Positions 7,786 through 16,208 of a DNA stretch of 32,035 nucleotides are shown here, one piece after another (within the stretch, counting starts at the first letter, position 1; the number at the start of each line of letters is the position of its first letter). The notes beneath the pieces were generated by a model, which was not told where the DNA came from, did not search any database, and was given only the letters and a program-made list of their open reading frames with translations. The DNA is from a virus. Lineage: Duplodnaviria; Caudoviricetes. The translations under genes and the position numbers were made by a program. The stretch covers positions 1-32,035 of the IMG/VR virus record IMGVR_UViG_3300010048_000030; one strand, given 5' to 3'.

Positions 7786-8126
7786 CAGCCGACCTTCCAG
7801 CCGGGCACGGAGCCGTCGTACCAGAGGGGCACGTGGTCAGACCCGCCCCCCACGGTCACCGCGGCCCCGAAGGTGTTGACGGTCGAGTCGGTGATGTAGG
7901 CCCTGAGGCCGTCGGTCGGGGAGCCCGGCAGGGTGGCGAACGTGACGGGCGCGAACACGATCCCCACGTTGAAGGTCTGGCGCGCGAGCCAGGTGTTCGC
8001 CTGGTTCGGCAGGATGGTGGCGTTCGCCTGCGCGAGGAGCCACTGATTGTTCGCGTTGAGGTCGGCCGCGGTGAGGTCGATCCCGTCGTAGAAGGTCCCA
8101 TTGACCCAGGCGCCGTTGGTGCTCAT
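7785..8126 (-). CDS. Short fibre/spike-like virion protein (113 aa)
   Basis: N-terminal F.DG..LTAADLN anchor-like motif, ANTW...QTF, and C-terminal TFATLP...G.RAYITDS...GGGS..VP.WYDG...WKVG, a pattern typical of phage fibre ends; overlaps both neighbours. Confidence 0.75.
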   Translation of the reverse strand: MSTNGAWVNGTFYDGIDLTAADLNANNQWLLAQANATILPNQANTWLARQTFNVGIVFAPVTFATLPGSPTDGLRAYITDSTVNTFGAAVTVGGGSDHVPLWYDGSVPGWKVG

Positions 8127-10126
8127 CCGGTCACGTCTCCCCCCGAGAGCTGCGAGTGCCCGACGATGAAGGCGCGGGGCTGCGTCGGGTCAGTGACGAA
8201 GCCGACGACCGCGGTCGAGCCGTCGACAAGCGTGAGCTGAACCTGACCCGTTAGGGTGCGATTCGCCAATCCGGTGATGAAGGCCTGCGCCGAGGCGACC
8301 GCCGGGACCGTGAGGGCCGCGTTCGCGAAGGCGGCCTTCAGGAAGGAGAGGGAGGGCTGCTGGCCGAAGACCGCCGTCAGGTAGGGGATCCCCTGGGAGG
8401 TGTCGTACCACAGCTCCCCGAGGAAGCAGCGGATCGCCGAGCAGGCGTCCTGCACGGCCGAGTAGGGGAGCGAGGCGATCGCGATGTTGCCGTCGATGTC
8501 GACGGTCACGTCCCAGGTCAGCTGGTCGAGCAGCAGGGTTTGGGCGAGCCCGAAGGGGAAGGGGGGAAGCGGCGCCGGCGGGGGCGGGGGTGGGGGGGGG
8601 TTCACCACCACCGCGATGCCGGTCATCGGCGGGATGGTGATCGGGCCCCCCATGGTGCCGGACCCGAGGACCGACTTGTCCCCGATGGCGGCGCCCGTCA
8701 TCGCGGTGAGGCTGATCGGCCCCCCCATGGTCCCCTGGCCGACCCCATTGACCACCGAGGGGGCCCCGGGCCCGAAGGCGTCCACGTAGGCGATCGTCTG
8801 GCCGGAGCCCCCGGTCCCGGTGATCGCGAGCGCGCTCTCGGTGGTGGTGGCGTAGGCCCAGCTGGTCCCGCAGTTTTGGATCACCGCCCCGCCGCCGTTG
8901 GAGTGCTGCGAGAAGGCGAACGGGGTGAAGGCGAGCCCGACGGCCGTCGGGAGGGTCTGGTTGTTCGCGACCGTGGTGACCATCGAGGAGATCACCAGGT
9001 CGGGGTCGCTGGAGGTGGTGAGGGAGCCGTTCGGCAGGCCGAAGTCCGGCAGGGCGGCGTTCGAGTCCCAGGGCGAGGAGGGGTTCGCCAGGCCGAGCAC
9101 GGCGAAGACCTGGATTCCCGAGACCGCGAAGAAGTTGTTGGAGCCCGAGAGGCCGGAGATCGCCGCCGTGACGACGCCGGAGACCGCCGAGGTGGCCTCG
9201 GCCCACCAGACGGTCATCTCCTGCTGGGTCTGCGAGCCCGCGTTGTAGGTCTTCCGCCCCCGGAGGTTCCACGTCAGCCCCAGGCCCGAGACCCCGGTGG
9301 TGAAGGGCGGGGTCGGGGGCGAGGCGTTCTCGAAGCAGCCCGCGTTGACGATCGCCACGATGACGCAGGGGACCGTGGCCTCGGTGAAGGTCGGGGAGGC
9401 CTGGGTGGTGATCGCCGTATTGACGCCCGGCGTGGTGACCGCGGAGACCACCGAGGCGGTGTCGATCGCGGGCCCGTTGTTGAACCCGAGCTCGACGTAG
9501 AGGCTCATCCACGCGGTGGCGTTCGCGGAGGTCGTGATGGTGGAGGAGACCGTCGAGCCGGCGGTGACCGCCCGGTGGCCGCCCGAGGCCCAGTTGAAGA
9601 CCCCGAACCCGTCCCCCACCGAGGCGACGAAATCGGCGTCATGGGTCCAGCCGGTGTTGGCGGTCCAGTTGGTGGTGGTGGTGTTGGCGCCGAACTGGCC
9701 GGCGAACATCGAGAGGACGAGGGTCGAGACCCCGGTGGTTACGTCATTCCCGGCCGCGAGCGAGCTCGAGGAGCCGTTTTGCCCGCCGAAGCTGACCTTC
9801 TGGAGGTCCTTCCAGAGGGTGCCCGAGACCCCGCTGATCTCCCAAAAGGAGAGGCCCCACTCGGCATAGGTGGTGCCGGCGTCGACGCCTTCGACCTGCG
9901 GGGCCGAGGCGGCGTACTTGTAGTAGACCACCAGGTTCCAGTTGGAGGTCGCGGTGGTCGAGAAGACCTTCCACCCGTTGACCCCGGTCGGGGTGGTGCC
10001 GTTCCGCAGGTAGCCGGCCGCGATCAGCAGATTGCCGTTCGTCGGCGCCGCCCCCCAGTTGGTCTTGGGCTGCGTCGAGGCCGCGTTCGCGGCGGTGGCT
10101 GCGGCTTGGACGACCGCGAGGGCCAT
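8123..10126 (-). CDS. Fusion of large beta-rich adhesin-like domains, a poly-Pro linker and a baseplate wedge/sheath-initiator (gp25/gpW-like) domain, 667 aa
   Basis: C-terminal ~130 aa has TLLLD..TWD..VD..GNIA...PY...QD..SA.R.FLGELWYDT.QGIPY; N-terminal ~500 aa is Thr/Ser/Gly/Ala/Trp-rich. Confidence 0.8.
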   Translation of the reverse strand: MALAVVQAAATAANAASTQPKTNWGAAPTNGNLLIAAGYLRNGTTPTGVNGWKVFSTTATSNWNLVVYYKYAASAPQVEGVDAGTTYAEWGLSFWEISGVSGTLWKDLQKVSFGGQNGSSSSLAAGNDVTTGVSTLVLSMFAGQFGANTTTTNWTANTGWTHDADFVASVGDGFGVFNWASGGHRAVTAGSTVSSTITTSANATAWMSLYVELGFNNGPAIDTASVVSAVTTPGVNTAITTQASPTFTEATVPCVIVAIVNAGCFENASPPTPPFTTGVSGLGLTWNLRGRKTYNAGSQTQQEMTVWWAEATSAVSGVVTAAISGLSGSNNFFAVSGIQVFAVLGLANPSSPWDSNAALPDFGLPNGSLTTSSDPDLVISSMVTTVANNQTLPTAVGLAFTPFAFSQHSNGGGAVIQNCGTSWAYATTTESALAITGTGGSGQTIAYVDAFGPGAPSVVNGVGQGTMGGPISLTAMTGAAIGDKSVLGSGTMGGPITIPPMTGIAVVVNPPPPPPPPAPLPPFPFGLAQTLLLDQLTWDVTVDIDGNIAIASLPYSAVQDACSAIRCFLGELWYDTSQGIPYLTAVFGQQPSLSFLKAAFANAALTVPAVASAQAFITGLANRTLTGQVQLTLVDGSTAVVGFVTDPTQPRAFIVGHSQLSGGDVTG

Positions 10127-10136
10127 CGGGGCCCCC

Positions 10137-10565
10137 TTAGTTCGCGAAGATCAGCGGCGCCGTGGCTTCAGCGGTGAAGGTCCCGTTGAGGCAGGTCACC
10201 GTGCCGGCGAAGTCGATGTAGCAGACCAGCGGGTCCCCCGAGGAGGCGCCGCCGTAGCTCTGGTAGAGGACCCCGCCGGTCGCCGAGAAGCTGTTGGTCC
10301 CCGCCCACACGACGTTCGACATCGAGACGCTGAGCTGGTGGGTCGAGGTGTTGAGCGAGACCGTGAGGGTCGCGGACTGCCCGCCGGCGGTGTAGCCGGT
10401 CCCGGTGGTCTCGTTCGAGACGTTGGAGCGGTTGGCGTCGCTCGACTGGGACGGGGTGTAGCCGTTCACCAGCATCAGCTTGAAAAAGCCGGTGATGAAG
10501 TCGATCGCGGGCGAGTTCCCCGCGAGGAAGTTCATCATGTTGTCGTAGGTCAGCGAGGCGGGCAT
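10137..10565 (-). CDS. Virion structural/minor tail protein (142 aa)
   Basis: IDF..G.FKLMLV..YTP...NE.TGTGYTAGG...PLVCYIDF, a widespread phage structural pattern often upstream of long beta-rich fibre genes; AGGAG SD. Confidence 0.8.
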   Translation of the reverse strand: MPASLTYDNMMNFLAGNSPAIDFITGFFKLMLVNGYTPSQSSDANRSNVSNETTGTGYTAGGQSATLTVSLNTSTHQLSVSMSNVVWAGTNSFSATGGVLYQSYGGASSGDPLVCYIDFAGTVTCLNGTFTAEATAPLIFAN

Positions 10566-10574
10566 CGGGCGCTC

Positions 10575-11024
10575 CTACAGGGGGTCGCTGTCAGCGACGT
10601 AGAGGGGCGGATGGGGCTCCATCGCGTAGCGCTCCAGATAGCCCGGGTAGACCTTGCGGAGGTGGTCCCGCAGCCCCACCACGGCGATCCAGCTGGCGGT
10701 GCCCGAGACCTCCTCGCTGCCGTGCAGCAGGCGCTCGAAGGCGTGGATCTCGGGGGCGTTGCGCCAGCTCGCCACGGCGCCGAGCCACTTCGCCTGGAGC
10801 ATCACCTGCAGGGTGCCGGCGTCGAGCGCCAGGTCCTCACCGAGCGAGGTCGGGAACGAGAACCGCGGGACGTGGGGCATCCGGGTGGTCACGATGACAT
10901 CCCGCAGCTCGGCCGAGGTCCAGGTGGCGAGCAGCCCCCCCTCCTCGAGTCGCTCCATCCGCATCGTGCCGCCGAGCAGCTGGAGGGTCGCGCCCCCCTG
11001 GCGGCTGAAGGTCCATTGAGCCAT
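10575..11024 (-). CDS. Hypothetical protein (149 aa)
   Basis: GGGGAG SD, high GC3, fills the gap between spike and 10137..10565; no family recognised. Confidence 0.75.
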   Translation of the reverse strand: MAQWTFSRQGGATLQLLGGTMRMERLEEGGLLATWTSAELRDVIVTTRMPHVPRFSFPTSLGEDLALDAGTLQVMLQAKWLGAVASWRNAPEIHAFERLLHGSEEVSGTASWIAVVGLRDHLRKVYPGYLERYAMEPHPPLYVADSDPL

Positions 11025-11036
11025 CGCTCCCCCCGA

Positions 11037-11696
11037 TCAAGTCGGCGGCCCGGTGTCCGAGGACCCGGATTGCACGCCGGAGTGGACATGAGTCTCTAGC
11101 GAGACGCCACCGCTGCCGCCAGCGGTCACGTCGTCATCGGCCACGATGGAGCCCGAGACGGTCAGGTTGCCGGTGATCGCCACGGTGTCGGCCTGCAGGT
11201 TCAGCGGCTTGCCCGAGGGGACGGTGATCTGAATCTCCCCGTCGGGGAGGAACTGGACGAAGGTGGTCGGCTGCTTGCCGATCAGCGAGATGACGTAGAT
11301 CCCGTCGTTGGGCGAGAAGCGGCGGCGCGAGCCCGGGTTCGAGGGCTGGCCGCTCGCCACCGCGGCCGAGATGTCGTGCGAGGCGAAGACCGCCAGCCCG
11401 ACGTCCCCCACCTTGGGGTCGCAGACGATCGCCGACTCCCCGAACTGGATGCGCCCGAAGGGGAGCTTCCGCACCGTCGAGTGAGGGGTGGGCTGGTTGA
11501 GCCCGTTCAGCATCGCGACCATGGGCTGGACGTCGACCGTGCCCGGCGGGTTGAGCCCGCCCCCATAGACCGCCAGCACCTGGACGATGGTGGCGGTCCA
11601 GCCCTGCTCCTGCACCTGGCGGGCGATGAAGTGGATCGCCGTCAGGAGGTCGCCGGTGTCGCCGGGGATCCGGGTCCCGAGGTAGGTATCGCTCAC
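11037..11696 (-). CDS. Baseplate central spike (Gp138/gpV-like), 219 aa, GTG start
   Basis: GTVDVQP OB-fold region, DPKVGDVGLAVFASHDIS, GSRRRFS..DG, terminal SLETHVHSGV..G...TGPP apex; GTGA overlap with the hub stop. Confidence 0.92.
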   Translation of the reverse strand: MSDTYLGTRIPGDTGDLLTAIHFIARQVQEQGWTATIVQVLAVYGGGLNPPGTVDVQPMVAMLNGLNQPTPHSTVRKLPFGRIQFGESAIVCDPKVGDVGLAVFASHDISAAVASGQPSNPGSRRRFSPNDGIYVISLIGKQPTTFVQFLPDGEIQITVPSGKPLNLQADTVAITGNLTVSGSIVADDDVTAGGSGGVSLETHVHSGVQSGSSDTGPPT

Positions 11697-12649
11697 TGGG
11701 GGAGCCCCACGATGTCGCCGGGGTTCGGCCACTTGGTGTTGATGCAGCGGGCGGTGGTGAACCACGGCCCGTCGGCGGCGTTCGACGACAGCTGGTGCTC
11801 GACCGAGAAGACCTGCCAGACCCCCGAGGCGTTGGGGACGATCGACTGGACCTGGATCTTCCCCCCCACGATCACGCCCCCCGGCCCGATCCCAGGGGTG
11901 GCGACCGAGGGGTTGTACTCGCACTCGACCCGGAGGGCGTTCTGCTCCCACACCGGGTAGTTCACCATCCCGGTCTCCTTCGAGATCAGGGGGACCGAGG
12001 ACTCGCGGGTCTGGCCCTTCGGCCAAATGGCGACCGTTTGGGCGCCGTTGGGGTCGGAGTCCATCCAGACGTTGATGTCGGCGTCGCGCGCCGCGGTGAG
12101 GATTTGCTCCCGCCCGGTCCCGCAGTAGTAGGGCCCGCCGCCGCCCGCGCTGCGGAGGATCACCGAGACCCCGGCGTTCTCGAAGGCCCAGTTCATCTGC
12201 TTGGCGATCGAGGAGATGACGGTCGCGACGTCGGTTGGGCCCGAGAAGCTGGTCGGGGCCAGGGGCCGCGAGGCCTCCAGCAGGCCGGTGTGGGCCCGGA
12301 CCTCCAGCGCGGGGTTGGCGGGGTCCGCGTAGTCCCCCCAGGCGGTGTCGATGATCCCGAGGAAGACCACCGCCTTGCCGTTCTCATCGCCCGCCTCGAG
12401 GGTGATCTGGTTGTTGAAGATCGCCCCATAGACGGTCCCGAGCGTCGAGACCGCCGCCACGATGTCGGGCGTCAGGCCAAGGATCCGGCACTGCAGGGTC
12501 GGCATCCCGATGGAGCCGGCCTTCGAGATGGTGGCGTGGATTTCGAGCCCGCCCCCCTTGGCGGTGTTCTGGCCGCCCGCCTGGGTCTGGAAGGTGTTCC
12601 CCCCGCCGAGCCGAAAGGTGACGTCGATCTGCCGCTTGGTGAAGGCCAT
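11693..12649 (-). CDS. Baseplate hub protein (318 aa)
   Basis: F.KR.IDVTF, ITLEAGD...VF.G.I..AW.DY, IS..TGMV.YP motifs; synteny before the spike. Confidence 0.85.
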   Translation of the reverse strand: MAFTKRQIDVTFRLGGGNTFQTQAGGQNTAKGGGLEIHATISKAGSIGMPTLQCRILGLTPDIVAAVSTLGTVYGAIFNNQITLEAGDENGKAVVFLGIIDTAWGDYADPANPALEVRAHTGLLEASRPLAPTSFSGPTDVATVISSIAKQMNWAFENAGVSVILRSAGGGGPYYCGTGREQILTAARDADINVWMDSDPNGAQTVAIWPKGQTRESSVPLISKETGMVNYPVWEQNALRVECEYNPSVATPGIGPGGVIVGGKIQVQSIVPNASGVWQVFSVEHQLSSNAADGPWFTTARCINTKWPNPGDIVGLPQ

Positions 12650-12981
12650 CAGACGTCGCCGGTCAGCTCGCCGGGGAACAGGTAGAGGAGCTGCCAGCGC
12701 GACGCGAGCCCCTGGAAGCGGGGGTTCTGCGGCCCCAGCACAGGGTCAGGCTGGGTGTCGTTGAACACGATGTCCCCAAGGAACCCGAGGTAGGAGTCGC
12801 GGACCATCCGCACCCCGATGAGGCCGTACATCCCCCCCTCGATCAGGCTCCCGCTCACATAGAGGTCGACGTAGACCGACTGATCGAAGCCGGCCGCGTA
12901 GACATTGAGGGTGCAGGCCTGCCCGTTGAGCGAGATGTTGAGGCTCTGGCTCGGCTTCGCCTGGAGGGGGACGATCAGCAT
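12649..12981 (-). CDS. Baseplate plug-like protein (110 aa)
   Basis: IVPLQA.PSQ...I.LNGQ.C.L, YLGF.GD..F.DTQ...P...GL.SRW.L.Y motifs; synteny. Confidence 0.8.
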   Translation of the reverse strand: MLIVPLQAKPSQSLNISLNGQACTLNVYAAGFDQSVYVDLYVSGSLIEGGMYGLIGVRMVRDSYLGFLGDIVFNDTQPDPVLGPQNPRFQGLASRWQLLYLFPGELTGDV

Positions 12982-12988
12982 GGGGTCC

Positions 12989-13660
12989 TCACGGCGCCGG
13001 CGGGCCGATGGTGAGGGTCCCGACCCCCTCGGGGGAGATCGCGCCTTGCGCCTGCGCCACCTGGGCGCCGGTCGGGGCCGCGGGCTGGACCGCCCCGGTG
13101 GTGTTGGAGGTCTGGGCGGTCGGGTCCTGGGTGTTGGAGAAGGCGGGCGAGGTCGCGACCCGGATTTCCTGCACCGTGACCTCGACCGAGATCAGCTGGA
13201 AGCCCGCCTCGGCGCGGCGCCGCAGCCGGTAGCGCGGGATGTTGACCGGCTGGTAGGCCCGCTCGGGCGTCGAGAGGACGTAGAGGTTGGTGTCCTGCAC
13301 GACCGACTCGAGGGTGTCCATGAAGGTCGACCGGTCGGCCAGACTCCCCCCCTTGTTGAAGACCAGCCGGGCCTCGAACGGCTTCGCGACCTTGTTGTAG
13401 GTCGAGAAGCTCCCCTCCTCGATGGGGAAGGTCGAGAGGACGAACTCGTGGTTGAAGTCGTCGAGCGCGAACACGCTGTCGGGATCCAGCACCGAGGCGC
13501 CCGATTGATCGAAGACCCCCCATTGGTTCTGCGTCGCCGCGCCCGAGATCACCGAGGCGCTGTCCGACGTCGCCGGCGGGACCGGGGGGATGTTGGAGTT
13601 GAAGGCGTTGCGGTTCACCGGCGGGACCCCGGGCGCGAAGGGGACGAAGGGGAACAGCAT
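12989..13660 (-). CDS. Tail tube initiator / Dit-like baseplate protein (223 aa)
   Basis: QWGVFD..G, S.FPIEEGSF..YNKV..PF, LY...TPE..Y motifs; immediately after the TMP. Confidence 0.8.
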   Translation of the reverse strand: MLFPFVPFAPGVPPVNRNAFNSNIPPVPPATSDSASVISGAATQNQWGVFDQSGASVLDPDSVFALDDFNHEFVLSTFPIEEGSFSTYNKVAKPFEARLVFNKGGSLADRSTFMDTLESVVQDTNLYVLSTPERAYQPVNIPRYRLRRRAEAGFQLISVEVTVQEIRVATSPAFSNTQDPTAQTSNTTGAVQPAAPTGAQVAQAQGAISPEGVGTLTIGPPAP

Positions 13661-15507
13661 CAGGAGAGCCCCCGCGAGGTCTGGGCCACCAGCTCGGGCG
13701 CGAGGTCGCGCGCCATCCCGCGGGCGTCCTTCGCCTGGGTGACGACCTGCAGGGTCCCGATGGAGCCGATCGTCACCCCGCCCTCGCCGCCCGCGCCCGC
13801 CAGCTCGACCCGCCGGCTCCGGGTCCCGAGGAAGGCGTCCGCACGGTTGCGGTCCCCCTGCGCCCCCCGGCCGGGCCGCAGGTAGTCGGAGATGGTCCGA
13901 TAGGCGATGTCCTGCGCGGAGCCCCCCCAGTGGGCGGCGCCGCTGCGGCTAAGGAAGAACTCGATCTGCTGCGCCAGGTTGGCGTTCTGGCCATATTTGG
14001 CGAACAGGGCCTTTTGCTCGGCCCCGCGGAACTGGAATAGCCCGTAGGCGTAGCGGCCGCGCGAGTCGTACTCATCCCGCTGGGTCGCGCTCTTGGCCCC
14101 CTCGGCGCTGACGGCGGCCGCGATCCCATGGGCCACCGTCGGGCTGACCCCGGCCGCGAGGGCGGCGGCCTCCGCCTGGGCCGCGAGCGAGCCGGCCGGC
14201 GCGCGCGAGCCACCACCGGCCGGCGCAGCGCCGCCGCCCCCGCCTCCAGCTGGCGCCGCGGCGGGCGCCGGCCCCTGGCCCGGCATCCGCCCGGTGGTCA
14301 CGACCCCCACGAGGCGGTGCCAGTAGTCCCCGACCTTCGCCTGCACGTCGACGTTGGTCGCATGGAAGCTGTCGAGGACGCCCTGCCACGCGCTCGCGAC
14401 CCCCTTCCAGTCCCCGGAGGCCGCGGCGGCCGCGATGCGGGCCAGTCCCCCCAGGCCGTTGATGAGCTGCTCGATCGCCGCCCCGAGGTACATCAGCCCC
14501 ATGTGGACGGTGCCGAAGATCGCGATCGCCCCGCGGCCGAAGATGTTGAGGGAGCCGTCGCCAGAGGTCGACTGCCCCAGCTTGGCGAAGGCGCCCAGCA
14601 TCCCCCCGATGTCGTCCTCGATCCGCTGGAAGCTCCCCTGCGACTGCTCGGCCGCGTTCGCGGCCCCCTGGGTCAGGTGGGTGAGCGCTGGGAGGACCGA
14701 CCCCTCGATGTCGTTCGCCAGGCGGGTGAGGGCCCCATCGAGCTCCCCCATGGCCCGCTGGTTATCCTCGGCGGCCTGCATCTGGTCCTTGGTCGCCGGG
14801 ACCGACCGCTTCGCGGAGTCCATCCAGTCGTCGTACTCTTTCGAGCCCCGCTCCAGCACCGAGATGGTGGCGTCGTCGATCCCGAGCTGGCGGAGCAAGG
14901 GCGTCGCGGTCCGCGAGCTCATGTGCATCGCGACGATGTGCTTGTGGATCTTGTCGAGCGCCGCGAGGGGGTCCTGCAGGTCCGCCATCGAGAGCCCGAG
15001 GGCCTGCACCACCCCGGTCTTCGAGGTGTCCCCGATCATGTAGCTGAAGCGGACCTGGTTGAGCGCGTCGGCCGACTGCTGGACCGACTTGGCCGACGCC
15101 TGGGTGGAGCCGGTCACGTTGTTCAGCATCCCGACCCAGAGGGCCAGCTGGTCCTTGTTGAGGTCGAGCCGCTCCGCGAACCGCCCGAGGCCCGCGTCCA
15201 TCTGCGCGGTGTTCTTCGCGAAGTCGACGATGGCCCCCGCGGAGATCAGCGCGGTGGCCCAGCCGAGCACCCCCTCGGTGATCTTCTTGTAGGAGTCGGC
15301 GGTCTCCTTGTTCTGCTTGAGCCGGTCCTTCCCCCGGCGGTCCTCGTCGTCGGCCGCGCGCTTTTGCCGCGCGTTCAGCTTCTCGAACGCCGCCCCCGCC
15401 TGGTCGGTGAACTTGCCGAGCGAGGCGGCGGCCTCCTTCTGCCCGTCGGTGAACTCCGAGGGGTCGAGCTTCAGCAGGACGAGCAGCGAATCGATGACCG
15501 TCGGCAT
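13660..15507 (-). CDS. Tape measure protein with C-terminal lysozyme-like domain (615 aa)
   Basis: M.TVIDSLLV.L.LD.SEF start, long helical body, Gly/Ala/Pro linker, then GIAAAVSAEG...AYGLFQF...QQIEF...YLRP, resembling phage tail lysozyme. Confidence 0.9.
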   Translation of the reverse strand: MPTVIDSLLVLLKLDPSEFTDGQKEAAASLGKFTDQAGAAFEKLNARQKRAADDEDRRGKDRLKQNKETADSYKKITEGVLGWATALISAGAIVDFAKNTAQMDAGLGRFAERLDLNKDQLALWVGMLNNVTGSTQASAKSVQQSADALNQVRFSYMIGDTSKTGVVQALGLSMADLQDPLAALDKIHKHIVAMHMSSRTATPLLRQLGIDDATISVLERGSKEYDDWMDSAKRSVPATKDQMQAAEDNQRAMGELDGALTRLANDIEGSVLPALTHLTQGAANAAEQSQGSFQRIEDDIGGMLGAFAKLGQSTSGDGSLNIFGRGAIAIFGTVHMGLMYLGAAIEQLINGLGGLARIAAAAASGDWKGVASAWQGVLDSFHATNVDVQAKVGDYWHRLVGVVTTGRMPGQGPAPAAAPAGGGGGGAAPAGGGSRAPAGSLAAQAEAAALAAGVSPTVAHGIAAAVSAEGAKSATQRDEYDSRGRYAYGLFQFRGAEQKALFAKYGQNANLAQQIEFFLSRSGAAHWGGSAQDIAYRTISDYLRPGRGAQGDRNRADAFLGTRSRRVELAGAGGEGGVTIGSIGTLQVVTQAKDARGMARDLAPELVAQTSRGLS

Positions 15508-15511
15508 GTGG

Positions 15512-15751
15512 CTAGGTTTCCCCCTTGTCGGCCTTCGCCTTCAAGACCTTGTGGTTGTGGTCATCGACGACGATCAGCTCGAGGAGATCGTAGAGGTCGT
15601 GGGTCCCCAGGACCGTGCTCAGCTCAGCCCAGCTGGCCCGCCCTCGGCTGACGACGATCCCGAGGGCGCGGGGGATGTTGGGGTAGTCGAGGAGATCCGG
15701 GTCAGGAGGGTCCGCATCCACGTCTGGAACTTCTCGACCAGCGAAAAACCC
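15512..15751 (-). CDS. -1 frame extension of the tail assembly chaperone (gpT-like; predicted GT fusion about 212 aa)
   Basis: Frame reads GFFAGREVPDV...ASWAELSTVLGTHDLYDLLELIVVDDHN..., stops 4 nt before the TMP start and is entered exactly at the slippery site. Confidence 0.8.
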   Translation of the reverse strand, partial: GFFAGREVPDVDADPPDPDLLDYPNIPRALGIVVSRGRASWAELSTVLGTHDLYDLLELIVVDDHNHKVLKAKADKGET

Positions 15752-16149
15752 AGGTGCAGCGAGGCCACCTCCGCCCGGAGGAGCAGGCGGGTGGCGATCT
15801 CCTCGGTGTCCTCCGCGATGAGGCGGTCGCGGGTCACCGTTCCGTCGGGCGACTGGGGGACGACGCACTCCATCATCTCGTCGAGGAGGGGCTCGGCCAG
15901 CTCCCAGTCCATCTTGGCGATCGACATCGCGGCCACGATCCCCAGGCCCGAGGTGAAGCCCGCGAGGGCCGCCATCCCCCCCAGGGGGTCGAAGTCGTCC
16001 AGCGAGGCGCCGGACTTCAGGGCGCCGTTGAGCACCCGCATGGCCCACTTCTCCCCCCGGTCGGCCGGCATCTCGCGGATGAGGTAGCGCTTGCGGTGGT
16101 CCCGCGAGTTCGGGTCCTCGATGGTGATGATCTTCTCGTGTCGCGCCAC
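15619..16149 (-). CDS. Tail assembly chaperone (gpG-like), 176 aa, GTG start
   Basis: RD..KRY.I.EMPA...EKWA.R, AEPLLDEMM.CV, EEIAT...LR.EV..LH.GF motifs; GGGAGG SD; upstream of the TMP. Confidence 0.88.
   Translation of the reverse strand: MARHEKIITIEDPNSRDHRKRYLIREMPADRGEKWAMRVLNGALKSGASLDDFDPLGGMAALAGFTSGLGIVAAMSIAKMDWELAEPLLDEMMECVVPQSPDGTVTRDRLIAEDTEEIATRLLLRAEVASLHLGFSLVEKFQTWMRTLLTRISSTTPTSPAPSGSSSAEGGPAGLS
15745..15751 (-). promoter_or_regulatory. Programmed -1 ribosomal frameshift slippery heptamer G GGT TTT
   Basis: CTG GGT TTT TCG (L133-G-F-S) matches X XXY YYZ in the correct phase; a T5 run is rare in this GC-rich DNA. Confidence 0.85.
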
Positions 16150-16208
16150 GGCGCCCTCCCTGACCAGCTGGGACGCCCTTGGTCGACCGCGCCGCGCCCG
16201 CGGTCAAG

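Noticed and set aside
1245-11100. Spike/peptidase tail similarity as a diversity-generating retroelement TR/VR pair
   Set aside because: Match is only ~30 nt, differences are not adenine-specific, and no reverse transcriptase is in the window.
11697-12026. N-terminal extensions given by the ORF track for the spike, and similarly for 19914, 20954, 17099, 28648, 4244 and 4570 starts
   Set aside because: They overlap upstream genes with non-protein-like sequence; downstream starts with stop/start overlaps or SD sequences fit better.
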